From an archaeon (GTDB taxonomy: Archaea; Asgardarchaeota; Thorarchaeia; Thorarchaeales; Thorarchaeaceae), in contig JAJRWI010000004.1 in the NCBI GenBank assembly GCA_024276825.1, forward strand, positions 1 to 64,000: a DNA stretch of 64,000 nucleotides, given 5' to 3'. Position numbers and translations under genes: made by a program. This document shows, in pieces, positions 9,558 to 18,015 of the stretch (within the stretch, counting starts at the first letter, position 1; every line of letters begins with the position of its first letter). A model generated the notes under the pieces. The model did not search any database. It was given only the letters and a program-made list of their open reading frames with translations, and had not been told where the DNA came from.

Positions 9558-10377
9558 CACTCAAAACTCGCGACCCAAATATCAGATACGACTACAGAAG
9601 GTCGGTATTCGTGGACTAAAGACCTTCTTCATAACCGAAAAGGGCGGTCTTAGACATCATTACATTCCCACTGTTGAACTCACCATCGATCTACCTGCAG
9701 ATATTAAAGGAATCCACATGTCTCGACTCGTTGAGAGCATGACTGAAATAATCACTGATCAGTTCAGTGTCCACCCCTCTGTTGAAGAACTGCAGATTCG
9801 CATACTTGAGGCCTTGGCTGAAAAGCATAACTGTGAACAGGGCGAGATTAAGTTTGAGTTTGAGTTTGGATACCAGAGTCACACACCAGTTTCAAATAAA
9901 CGGACCTGGGAGGTGTGTGACGTTGTTGCTTCTACAATAATTGAGAAAGACAAGCCAATCATTCACGATATCAAGATCAGTGTGATTGGAAATACCGTGT
10001 GCCCACATTGCATGGTAAATAACAATGGTCTCACCCATATGCAGAGAGCAATCGGAGCCCTAAGAGTTGTAGGAACAACCGATCAGATTCCGAATTATGG
10101 TGATATGATCAAGATAATTGAAGACTCATTCTCAAGCAAAACTTACTCTATCCTCAAGCTCGAGGATGAGATGCATGTCACAAAAGAGATGCATGACAAT
10201 CCCTTGTTTGTTGAAGATGTCTGTAGAAACATCCTGCAAAATGCTAAAGAAAGGTTCAAAGATAGAGACCTGGAGATTTGCGCTGAGGCACAGTCTCTGG
10301 AGAGTATTCATAAACATGATGTGATTGCTCAAGGCATGCTAGAACTCAGGGGGAATAACAATCACTCACATGGTTAA
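9511..10377 (+). CDS. mptA: GTP cyclohydrolase MptA/FolE2 family
   Basis: KGIHMSR, CPH, HMQR, NPLFVED, ESIHKHD motifs. Confidence 0.9.
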   Translation: MREKIKNNEAKLLVIDTQNSRPKYQIRLQKVGIRGLKTFFITEKGGLRHHYIPTVELTIDLPADIKGIHMSRLVESMTEIITDQFSVHPSVEELQIRILEALAEKHNCEQGEIKFEFEFGYQSHTPVSNKRTWEVCDVVASTIIEKDKPIIHDIKISVIGNTVCPHCMVNNNGLTHMQRAIGALRVVGTTDQIPNYGDMIKIIEDSFSSKTYSILKLEDEMHVTKEMHDNPLFVEDVCRNILQNAKERFKDRDLEICAEAQSLESIHKHDVIAQGMLELRGNNNHSHG

Positions 10378-10474
10378 TCTGCACAGAACCTGTGAATTAT
10401 GATGATAATAAGACTCGAAATTATAAATGTCTGTTCTCCTGACAGAACCATGATGCATGCATGAGATAGGTGAA

Positions 10475-10954
10475 TCATTGGGCAGTCCATTTGTGAAAAT
10501 GAATTCCTTTCCAAAAATGAATGATCTTTGGTGTTATTTCGATTACAACTCTAGAGCCCATAGGGAATCCAACCTTGAGGAAAGTCAAATACTTCTGCCA
10601 GTATTGATTCATTAACACATCTCCCATTTCCTCTATCTTGATGACTCTTGCAGTGCCACGTATCAAGACCCCGCAATTGCCCTCAGGTGAAATGGGATCT
10701 CTCTCGTCGATGGTTAGCGCCACATTAGGATTTTGTCTGATGTTTTGTAGTTTTTTTGTTGAGCGGGAAGTGATGACATAGAACTTGTTAGGCTCTTCAT
10801 CCCAGATATAAAACATCGTGGTAATGTGTGGTGGGGCACCAATTTCTCCAGTGGTGAAATAGGCAAAGAAGCCATCTCTTATGATTCTAGCCGCTTTGGG
10901 ATGAAGTAGGTTTGCACTCCTTTTTTGTCTATGTTTGGAACAAGTTTCACTCAT
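10475..10954 (-). CDS. Pyridoxamine 5'-phosphate oxidase-like (split-barrel flavin/F420) protein
   Basis: PHITTM, SRSTKKLQNIRQNPNVALTID, GVLIRGTA. Confidence 0.8.
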   Translation of the reverse strand: MSETCSKHRQKRSANLLHPKAARIIRDGFFAYFTTGEIGAPPHITTMFYIWDEEPNKFYVITSRSTKKLQNIRQNPNVALTIDERDPISPEGNCGVLIRGTARVIKIEEMGDVLMNQYWQKYLTFLKVGFPMGSRVVIEITPKIIHFWKGIHFHKWTAQ

Positions 10955-10958
10955 GATC

Positions 10959-12227
10959 TCACACTCTCAGGAATGTTGGGGCTGCCTTTCTCCAATATAT
11001 TGCACTCTTTACTTGAAGTCTGACAACAACTCTTGAAACAAACGGTTTTTCCTTCCATGCAAGTGGAATTGATTCTGCTTGTTCTTTGTAGTATCTCAAA
11101 TACATCGGATATTTCCTTCTAAAGAGTGAGCGAACACGAAGCAGCCAAAGCCCGTATATGAGCAACCTAGCTATACCAAAAGGACTGAACTGACCAAGAA
11201 TGAGTCCCTTCCCTCTCAATAAGACGGACCTATTATTCATTGGATTCTTGGAATCTCGCATATCAACCAGCACTGCAATGCTATTATTCTTCTTGATGAG
11301 TCTGTATTTCGCTGACTTCACGCTTATTGCAAAGTAGATGTATTTTCCATCATAGACAAAGATTACTGGAGTTGTATGCACTGTTTTCTTGTCATAGACA
11401 GCAACATATGCGAAACGTTCCTGAAAAAGTATATTTTCAACGTCTGGTGGAAACCACGGAATTGTTTCCATTGAGAGCAAGCTAATAAATGATAAGACAA
11501 GAATGGACCCGAAGAAAGCGATAATACTAAAGAATAGCAATTGAGATGAAAGAGCGATTGGGAGAAGAAGTATTGCAGAGCCGGCCCAATAGAGATTGAT
11601 GATGTCCAGCGATATTAGTGTTTGAACCTCCGAATAGGCAGTGTACTTCAGTCCTCTTCTTTCCTTGGCAGCACGAGCAAGAGCTATTGACCGACGAGCC
11701 GCCGAGAAAGTAGTGAAGAAAGATAACCAGAGTCTATATGCTATATCCCAAGAGAGGATAAGAATTAAAGCATACAAAAAGAGATTACCGTACCCCTGTC
11801 CAAGAAATCGCTGCAGAAGGTCCTGATCATAGATTAGGTACGATGAGATTCCGATAAAGCAGGCAATGCTTCCTATCAGCTCAATCATCTTATTTTCTAA
11901 GAGATTTTGCTTATAGCTTCTAAGAATCATTAATTCTTTCTCATTAGTGGGATTCTTAAGTTTCCTAAGGAGGGGAATGACATACAAACAGCCAGCAGAC
12001 CAGATTACAGTATACAAGATTGCTAGAGACCCAAAAATGAGTGATTCGGTTGGCATTTGAAAGTACAAGAATGCAAATATTCCAATGGTTTCTACAAGCA
12101 TCAACTGCGCCAGAATATCCAATCTGGGCGGTAACCATTTGAACGGAGGGACATTCTCAACAATCTGCTCATAAAGCCAACGGTCTTCAATCGGTCTTTC
12201 GCTAGGCATATCAACAAGTATTGGCAA
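10959..12227 (-). CDS. Membrane domain fused to a C-terminal PNPOx-like split-barrel domain
   Basis: About six TM segments then HTTPVIFVYD...SAKYRLIKKN..IAVLVD..VLLRG. Confidence 0.7.
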   Translation of the reverse strand: MPILVDMPSERPIEDRWLYEQIVENVPPFKWLPPRLDILAQLMLVETIGIFAFLYFQMPTESLIFGSLAILYTVIWSAGCLYVIPLLRKLKNPTNEKELMILRSYKQNLLENKMIELIGSIACFIGISSYLIYDQDLLQRFLGQGYGNLFLYALILILSWDIAYRLWLSFFTTFSAARRSIALARAAKERRGLKYTAYSEVQTLISLDIINLYWAGSAILLLPIALSSQLLFFSIIAFFGSILVLSFISLLSMETIPWFPPDVENILFQERFAYVAVYDKKTVHTTPVIFVYDGKYIYFAISVKSAKYRLIKKNNSIAVLVDMRDSKNPMNNRSVLLRGKGLILGQFSPFGIARLLIYGLWLLRVRSLFRRKYPMYLRYYKEQAESIPLAWKEKPFVSRVVVRLQVKSAIYWRKAAPTFLRV

Positions 12228-12251
12228 TCTTGTCTTATTTGGTTATCTGTA

Positions 12252-12439
12252 CCACTCATTCTTAGCTCAATAGAGTTAGATATGCAGGTCTTACCCGCAC
12301 AGGAACCTCACTGGACCCGCTCGACACATGGTGTCCGACAGAACTATCTGAACTCACTACTATTTTTATCCAATTCGCTTTAGATCTTCTTTTTATTGCT
12401 ATTCGAGATCATCCAACCTCTACGCATCTCCGCGAAACC
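12252..12439 (-). mobile_element. Non-autonomous mini-element, copy C (most diverged)
   Basis: GGTTTCGCGGAGATGCGTAGAGGTTGGA...CAATAAAAAGAAGATCTAA...GTCCAGTGAGGTTCCTG...AAGAATGAGTGG, collinear with copy B. Confidence 0.75.
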
Positions 12440-12989
12440 CCTCTCCCCTAAACTTCTCATGGAACACTATTACGACCCCCCTGTAGAATGCCCTAATTTG
12501 CCCTGAAACATCGCATTTTTGCAGTGATACTAGCATGTTCTCAATATATTATCCCAGTGATATTAAGATAAGGTCTTCATTTTACCAAACCTTATATGGG
12601 AATTCAGTGGAAATAGAGGTGGGTTATATCACACATTCAAAATATAATGGAGAATTAAAGAATTGACCGAAAAATCCAGACCTCTCTCAACCCTGCAAAA
12701 GAAAGCTAAGATCCTGCATGTACTATACGGACTGCTCGAGAGCGACCGTGACCCTACAGATGAAGATGCTCAAAGTCTGCGATATCTCTATGCCAGCTCA
12801 TAATTATGCTCATCATTAGATGAGGTCATTCTTCTGTTCTCATGTCCCTCCCGGCGCGAGACGGAGGAAAAGTGAGGGCCGATTCCCCCTATGGCCCTCA
12901 CACCAACATCATGTCCTCTTTTAACAGTAATTTTGATTAGCCACGACATTAATGCCAGTTTGATAGAACTGCAGAGAGAGTTGGCCATT

Positions 12990-13060
12990 ATGAGTGAGAA
13001 TCCAGATGATTTTAGCTTTGATAATCTATCACGGAAACTGGAGGGTGCAATCGAACAGGG
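12990..13060 (+). pseudogene. Truncated N-terminus of an unknown gene family (copy 2), interrupted by element copy B
   Basis: MSENPDDFSFDNLSRKLEGAIEQG; matches 4420-4491. Confidence 0.6.
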
Positions 13061-13245
13061 TTGCGGGTAGATGCGCAGAGGTTGGACAAACTTGACACCA
13101 ATAAAAAGGACATCTAAGAGATATACTACAAAATTGTTAGGAGTTTAAATAGTATCATCAGGAACAATGGCGTGAAATGTGTCCACTGCTGTTCGTGGGC
13201 GGACAGGACTATAATGTCCAAGATCGTCCAATTTACAATGAACGG
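13059..13245 (+). mobile_element. Non-autonomous mini-element, copy B
   Basis: GGTTGCGGGTAGATGCGCAGAGGTTGGACAAACTTG...TGTCCAAGATCGTCCAATTTACAATGAACGG; homologous to copy A along its full length. Confidence 0.85.
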
Positions 13246-13270
13246 CATATCCGATAAACTAGTAAATGGT

Positions 13271-13630
13271 ATGATGAACGAACTTGAGCAGGATTATTTT
13301 GAAACCATCAAGCGAGCTAGGACTGCAATTGTGATGTTCTATAGAACTGCATGTTCGTATTGTAAGAGGCTGCGACCAGTCCATGAGGACTTTGCTGATG
13401 AGTTTGAATCATCAGTCTTTTTCACTACTGTGAACATTGATCTTGTAGATGAAGCTCGCATAAAGAACAACATCCTAGGAGTGCCGCTGGTAATCGCATT
13501 TAAGAAAGGAATGTCTGTAGATAGTGTCGAGGGACTTCGTTCAGCAGAAGAGTATCACAAGTGGATTGACCAGATTAGAAAGGGTCTAAGACCAATGCGT
13601 TTAGACCATGGTCAGGCAACCAAGTTATAA
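13271..13630 (+). CDS. Thioredoxin-family protein
   Basis: MFY..ACSYCK CxxC motif, GVP cis-Pro; the upstream part of ORF 13172 lies within element B. Confidence 0.85.
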   Translation: MMNELEQDYFETIKRARTAIVMFYRTACSYCKRLRPVHEDFADEFESSVFFTTVNIDLVDEARIKNNILGVPLVIAFKKGMSVDSVEGLRSAEEYHKWIDQIRKGLRPMRLDHGQATKL

Positions 13631-13694
13631 TTAATGGCGTTGAAAATTACCTTTTAATGCGAGCAAAATGGAGTTATCATAAAGGTGCAGATGG

Positions 13695-14513
13695 TTGATT
13701 AAGAAACGAAGAGTTCCAAAGAGTATTGAAGAGATTAATGAGAATATAATCTGCGAGAAGTTTGAATGGTTTGCAAAACAACCATGGTGCAGGGGGATCA
13801 TGCTATGGGGAAGTAGGGCCACAGGTTTTGGTGCATCTGATAGTGATTGGGATGCCCTCATATATGTGACCGACGAATATTTTGACTCACTCAAGCTCGA
13901 AGAAACATTATTGCTTGAATACGACGAGTCGGTTGAGCCAAAGCGACTGGTGATTGACTTCTCACCAATTTCAGACAAGTGGTTTAAGATTCAGATCAAT
14001 TCACCATTGGACATCGATCACTTCGCATATGCTGAAGGTGTTACCATTTACGATCCAACAGGAGAGTTGGAGGAGTGGCGACAACGACTGGCCAGATATC
14101 CCGAGGAGGAGCATACTGACAGGTTGAAGAACAAGTACTTGCTTATGATTAGATCGTTTGGCTATGCTATGATTGACTACAGACGTGAATTCGAATTGGA
14201 CTCGAGAATCAACCTATACAGGTCTGTTGTTGCTGCGGTGAATCTCTGGTTCACTATCAAGAGATCGTGGACTCCTCCATTAAAGTGGTGGAGCAAGCAC
14301 GCTAGAGAAATGGGGATGACTGATGAAACATATGAAATTTTTAGGAGTGCCCTTGTTGATACCAATTTAGAGAGTGTCAAATCGCTGATATCTCATCTCA
14401 AGCAGATGATATTAGATGAGGGATTTGAGTTTCCAAATGACACACTAATTGCATTTCTTGAAACAATCCACCCCAATGGCCGTGCCATGCAAATCAAACA
14501 TTCGTATCTGTAA
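13695..14513 (+). CDS. Pol-beta-type nucleotidyltransferase domain protein
   Basis: LWGSRATG..SDSDWD motif plus helical C-terminal domain. Confidence 0.75.
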   Translation: MIKKRRVPKSIEEINENIICEKFEWFAKQPWCRGIMLWGSRATGFGASDSDWDALIYVTDEYFDSLKLEETLLLEYDESVEPKRLVIDFSPISDKWFKIQINSPLDIDHFAYAEGVTIYDPTGELEEWRQRLARYPEEEHTDRLKNKYLLMIRSFGYAMIDYRREFELDSRINLYRSVVAAVNLWFTIKRSWTPPLKWWSKHAREMGMTDETYEIFRSALVDTNLESVKSLISHLKQMILDEGFEFPNDTLIAFLETIHPNGRAMQIKHSYL

Positions 14514-14652
14514 AGTTCATCTTAGTCGATTGTGACTTCCACCAATCCTACGCCTATTTCACACTGTGACTGATTTAACTCTCACACTCCATATTGGTAT
14601 GTCTTTGCAATATTATTCACTACAATCACTGTGGGCCGACCTCATCAATCTC

Positions 14653-15639
14653 CTATTCACGATTTCTATAGTATGGTGACATTCTCAGTAAGCGTCTTCT
14701 TGCTATTGGCCTGAATAATCGTATAATATGACGCTTAAATCCAAGGGCTTCCCGTAATTCGTTCAGATAATCATCAAATGTGTGCTTCTGGAAATTCAGC
14801 AATTTCTGAGCCTCCAGCGTTTCCATGAAATCAGTATGAAACCAGTCCTCGTCGCGAACGGGTGTTAGAAATGCACTGTCAGGCAACATGCCAATGCCCG
14901 CGGTTTCAAGCATCCGCGACACAAAATCCCGATACTTCATTCTGCATTGTTCTCCACCACCGAGTAGCAATATTTTTCCCTCAGTGGGAGCAACGACCAC
15001 GTTTCGAAGGGCAAGTCCGAGATCTCTTGTGTGAATGAATTCCAGTCGCTGTTCTAGAGGAATATTAAACATCATGGAACTCATTTCCTGTTGCAGCCAT
15101 CGCTCGCCCAAAGGAGGTACTACACCAAATCTCAGAATTGTCCATGGCAAGCCACTCTCCCTCACTTGGCGCTCGCACTCAATCTTTGTCTTTGTGTAGT
15201 TATCAGTCACGACTTGAGGATCATTGGCAGTTTTTGGTGGGCCATTCCCCTTGTTATGGCCATAGGTGGCAATGGAACTGGCATAGACAAACTTTGGGTT
15301 CAGACCTGTTTTCTTACTCTCCTCTAGTAATGACTTTGTGCCCTCAACATTTACTGCCCATGCTAGGTCTGGCTTACTCTCGGACAGAGGAGGAATAATT
15401 GCGGCCAAATGGATTATGCAATCGATGTCTTGGACTATCTCATGGACAATGTCCCTGTTTCTAATGTCCCCCCATACAATCTCGAACTTGCCCCTCTTAG
15501 AGAGTTCTCTTGCGACTTTGTCCGTCATGGGGTTTTTAATATCAAAGCATCGTAACTGATGCTCGCTTCCCAGAAACGATATTACCGCACTCTCACCCAC
15601 ATTTCCAAATGCGCCGGTCAATAGAACTCTCATGTTCAA
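14653..15639 (-). CDS. NAD-dependent epimerase/dehydratase (extended SDR)
   Basis: TGAFGNVG, HLAA, YTKTK (YxxxK). Confidence 0.9.
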   Translation of the reverse strand: MNMRVLLTGAFGNVGESAVISFLGSEHQLRCFDIKNPMTDKVARELSKRGKFEIVWGDIRNRDIVHEIVQDIDCIIHLAAIIPPLSESKPDLAWAVNVEGTKSLLEESKKTGLNPKFVYASSIATYGHNKGNGPPKTANDPQVVTDNYTKTKIECERQVRESGLPWTILRFGVVPPLGERWLQQEMSSMMFNIPLEQRLEFIHTRDLGLALRNVVVAPTEGKILLLGGGEQCRMKYRDFVSRMLETAGIGMLPDSAFLTPVRDEDWFHTDFMETLEAQKLLNFQKHTFDDYLNELREALGFKRHIIRLFRPIARRRLLRMSPYYRNRE

Positions 15640-15664
15640 TTTTAAAAAACCATGGATATATAAT

Positions 15665-15682
15665 TATTTCGCAAACGAAATA
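15665..15682. promoter_or_regulatory. Candidate MarR operator in the divergon
   Basis: TATTTCG-caaa-CGAAATA, conserved in the duplicate at 4263-4280. Confidence 0.6.
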
Positions 15683-15764
15683 TTCAATAACGAAAATTTC
15701 GAAACAGAAACATATCTATTCGATAGACCTATATTCCACAATTATTCTGAATAACTGGCTCAAA

Positions 15765-16187
15765 ATGAAGACCAGGCAAGAACTCACCTACGAACTAATC
15801 GAGTCGTTAAGACGTCTGAGCAAGGTGAAGTGGTTTCTAGGCTCCTCAAAACTCACTCTTGAGGAGTTCATGGTTCTCGACCTTATCTACGAGTCTGAGA
15901 ATTGTTCTATGAAAGACATCACGACTACTTTCTCAATGCCCCCAAGTACTGCCACAGGCCTTGTGGATCGACTTGTTGAAAGAAAGTATGTCACACGTAG
16001 CAAGTCCAAAGATGACAGAAGACGAATTCTCATCAAGATGACTACAAAGGGCAAGAGGGTATATACAACTTTCAAGTCTGAAGCACTGGCTCAACTGGAA
16101 GAATCATTGAGTCATTTGTCTAATAACGAGATTGCAACTCTTCTTAAACTAATAAACAAGTTGATTGATGGACTTCACGAATCGTAA
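15765..16187 (+). CDS. MarR-family transcriptional regulator
   Basis: STATGLVDRLVERKYVTR..DDRR wHTH motif; start inferred from the paralog. Confidence 0.9.
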   Translation: MKTRQELTYELIESLRRLSKVKWFLGSSKLTLEEFMVLDLIYESENCSMKDITTTFSMPPSTATGLVDRLVERKYVTRSKSKDDRRRILIKMTTKGKRVYTTFKSEALAQLEESLSHLSNNEIATLLKLINKLIDGLHES

Positions 16188-16421
16188 GGATTCGATTTTC
16201 CTCTCATGATCATCACAGCTCAACCAGCCCTCTCTCATAATTTCACAACCCGTTAATCCAAATAGCAAAACCTTTAGAACACGTGTTCTAAATCCATTTA
16301 TTAGTCTTGGTCCAATGACCATCATTCATACTTTCCAATGGATTGAATAATGAGTCAAATTGCATCGTCCAAAATTGTTTTGAATGAATGTTTAACCGCA
16401 AAGAGTGTTTATTTCTGGTAG

Positions 16422-16895
16422 ATGAGCAGGATGGTACTGGAACGACCTCAAAACGCGAAGCAACTTGAAGACTTTGTTGAGAAAGCGATTAATGAGTACA
16501 AGCTCAGCTCCATTAGAGAGATGAGCGAGATCGCAAATGTCAGTAATGATACTATTGTTGAAGTGATTCAGAAGCTTATCACTGAGAACCGGATTGATGG
16601 ACGCATAGACCTTGAGGATGAACGGTTCTTCAGCAGCAGGATTGATGTCTCTACTGCTCCAACAGTCAAGAGCTCAACAGAAGCAAGGATAGTCCAGCCA
16701 GATAATAAATATGGGAAATATGCGATATTGTCCGGTGCTGCCATCATCATTGTCGACGAGCTTATCCCAATATTTACTATCAACTCGATCTCCATGGCAG
16801 ATGTCAAGGGGATCCTATTATTGATGGGTTTGGGCCTAATTATTGGAGGTCTATATTATACCAGCCAGAGAGGCACAGAGATAGTCACTGAGTGA
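16422..16895 (+). CDS. PCI-like winged-helix protein with two C-terminal TM helices
   Basis: IQKLITENRIDGRID motif plus two hydrophobic segments. Confidence 0.5.
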   Translation: MSRMVLERPQNAKQLEDFVEKAINEYKLSSIREMSEIANVSNDTIVEVIQKLITENRIDGRIDLEDERFFSSRIDVSTAPTVKSSTEARIVQPDNKYGKYAILSGAAIIIVDELIPIFTINSISMADVKGILLLMGLGLIIGGLYYTSQRGTEIVTE

Positions 16896-17081
16896 ATGCT
16901 AAATGACCAGTGATTGGCATGTCCCTGAAGATAGACCTCGTACTCACAAGAAGTATCGCTAACAGGCAATTGGCAACTGACTTACGACAGTTGCTGTGAT
17001 CTGAACAATGTTAAATCACTTTCGTTGGATCTTCTCATGTTGAAAGTTCAAATGAAAATGTATTTCTTATGCAGTTCGTAA

Positions 17082-17948
17082 TTGTTCGCTATGCCTACTC
17101 CGTTTATGCGTAATGGCAAGTATCTAGTAGCAAAAGCCACTTTGGATCCAGGAAAGAGCCTGAAAGCAGTCATTACTACAGCCATTGATGCTATTGGCGG
17201 AATTGATAGGGTGATTCAACCCGGGGACAGGGTGACCATAAAGCCCAATTTAAACACCTCAGATCCTTACCCTGCATCTAGCGATCCCGCCTTTATTCAG
17301 GCTATTGGTGAATTAGCCCTCGAAGCAGGGGCTGCAAAGATCGAGATTATAGAAGACTCGATGTTTCGGCTCTCTACTCGCGAGGTGGCACAAACTGTTG
17401 GTATTGAAGAGGTTGCACACAAACTCGATGCTGACCTGATATTTCTTGATGAACATGAGTGGGTGAAGGTTTCTTTTCCACGTGGAAAATATCTCAAGAG
17501 TGGTTCAATTGGAAAGCCCGTTTTGAATATTGAAAAGCTAATTCTTGCCCCATGTTTAAAGACACACTTTCTTGCTCGCTATACAGGGAGCATGAAGCTA
17601 TTTGTGGGTTGGTTGAAACGAAAAGAACGCCTTCGGATGCATCTTAGAAACCTTGAACATAAAATACCTGATCTTGCATCCTTCTTTTCACCAGACCTGA
17701 TAGTCATGGATGCTCGCACTTGTTTCATCGAAGGTGGACCTGCAACAGGTACTTGTTCTTATCCCGGGTTGATTTTGGCGAGTGGAGATATGGTTTCAAT
17801 TGATGTTGAAGGTGTGCGAATTATTCAGTGCTGCAACGGTAAGAACAAGCTTAATCTTGATGTCTGGGAAATCCCGCAGATAAAGAGAGCTGTCGAGATT
17901 GGCATTGGTGCAAAGAGTGATGAAGACATTATTGTCATAGAAATCTAA
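17082..17948 (+). CDS. DUF362-family protein
   Basis: IKPNL, LKTH, GSMK, EGGP, DMVSID. Confidence 0.85.
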   Translation: MFAMPTPFMRNGKYLVAKATLDPGKSLKAVITTAIDAIGGIDRVIQPGDRVTIKPNLNTSDPYPASSDPAFIQAIGELALEAGAAKIEIIEDSMFRLSTREVAQTVGIEEVAHKLDADLIFLDEHEWVKVSFPRGKYLKSGSIGKPVLNIEKLILAPCLKTHFLARYTGSMKLFVGWLKRKERLRMHLRNLEHKIPDLASFFSPDLIVMDARTCFIEGGPATGTCSYPGLILASGDMVSIDVEGVRIIQCCNGKNKLNLDVWEIPQIKRAVEIGIGAKSDEDIIVIEI

Positions 17949-18015
17949 TTGATTGGAATTCAATTCGAAATGCACCCCGGTAAATCATTATGCGAGACTC
18001 AATTATGTAGTCACT

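Noticed and set aside
12663-12960. Short reading-frame pieces between copies C and B
   Set aside because: Interrupted by stops and no recognisable homology; cannot be assigned.
13059-13245. Mini-element as a group I intron or IStron
   Set aside because: Only a faint resemblance to P7-region motifs; too short, and no P3-P8 core is conserved across the three copies.
13172-13270. Cys-rich N-terminal extension of thioredoxin
   Set aside because: Mostly encoded by element B, so not a genuine start.
16210-16254. Possible fourth element left end (GGGTTGTG... on minus strand)
   Set aside because: Weak similarity, no hairpin or right end.
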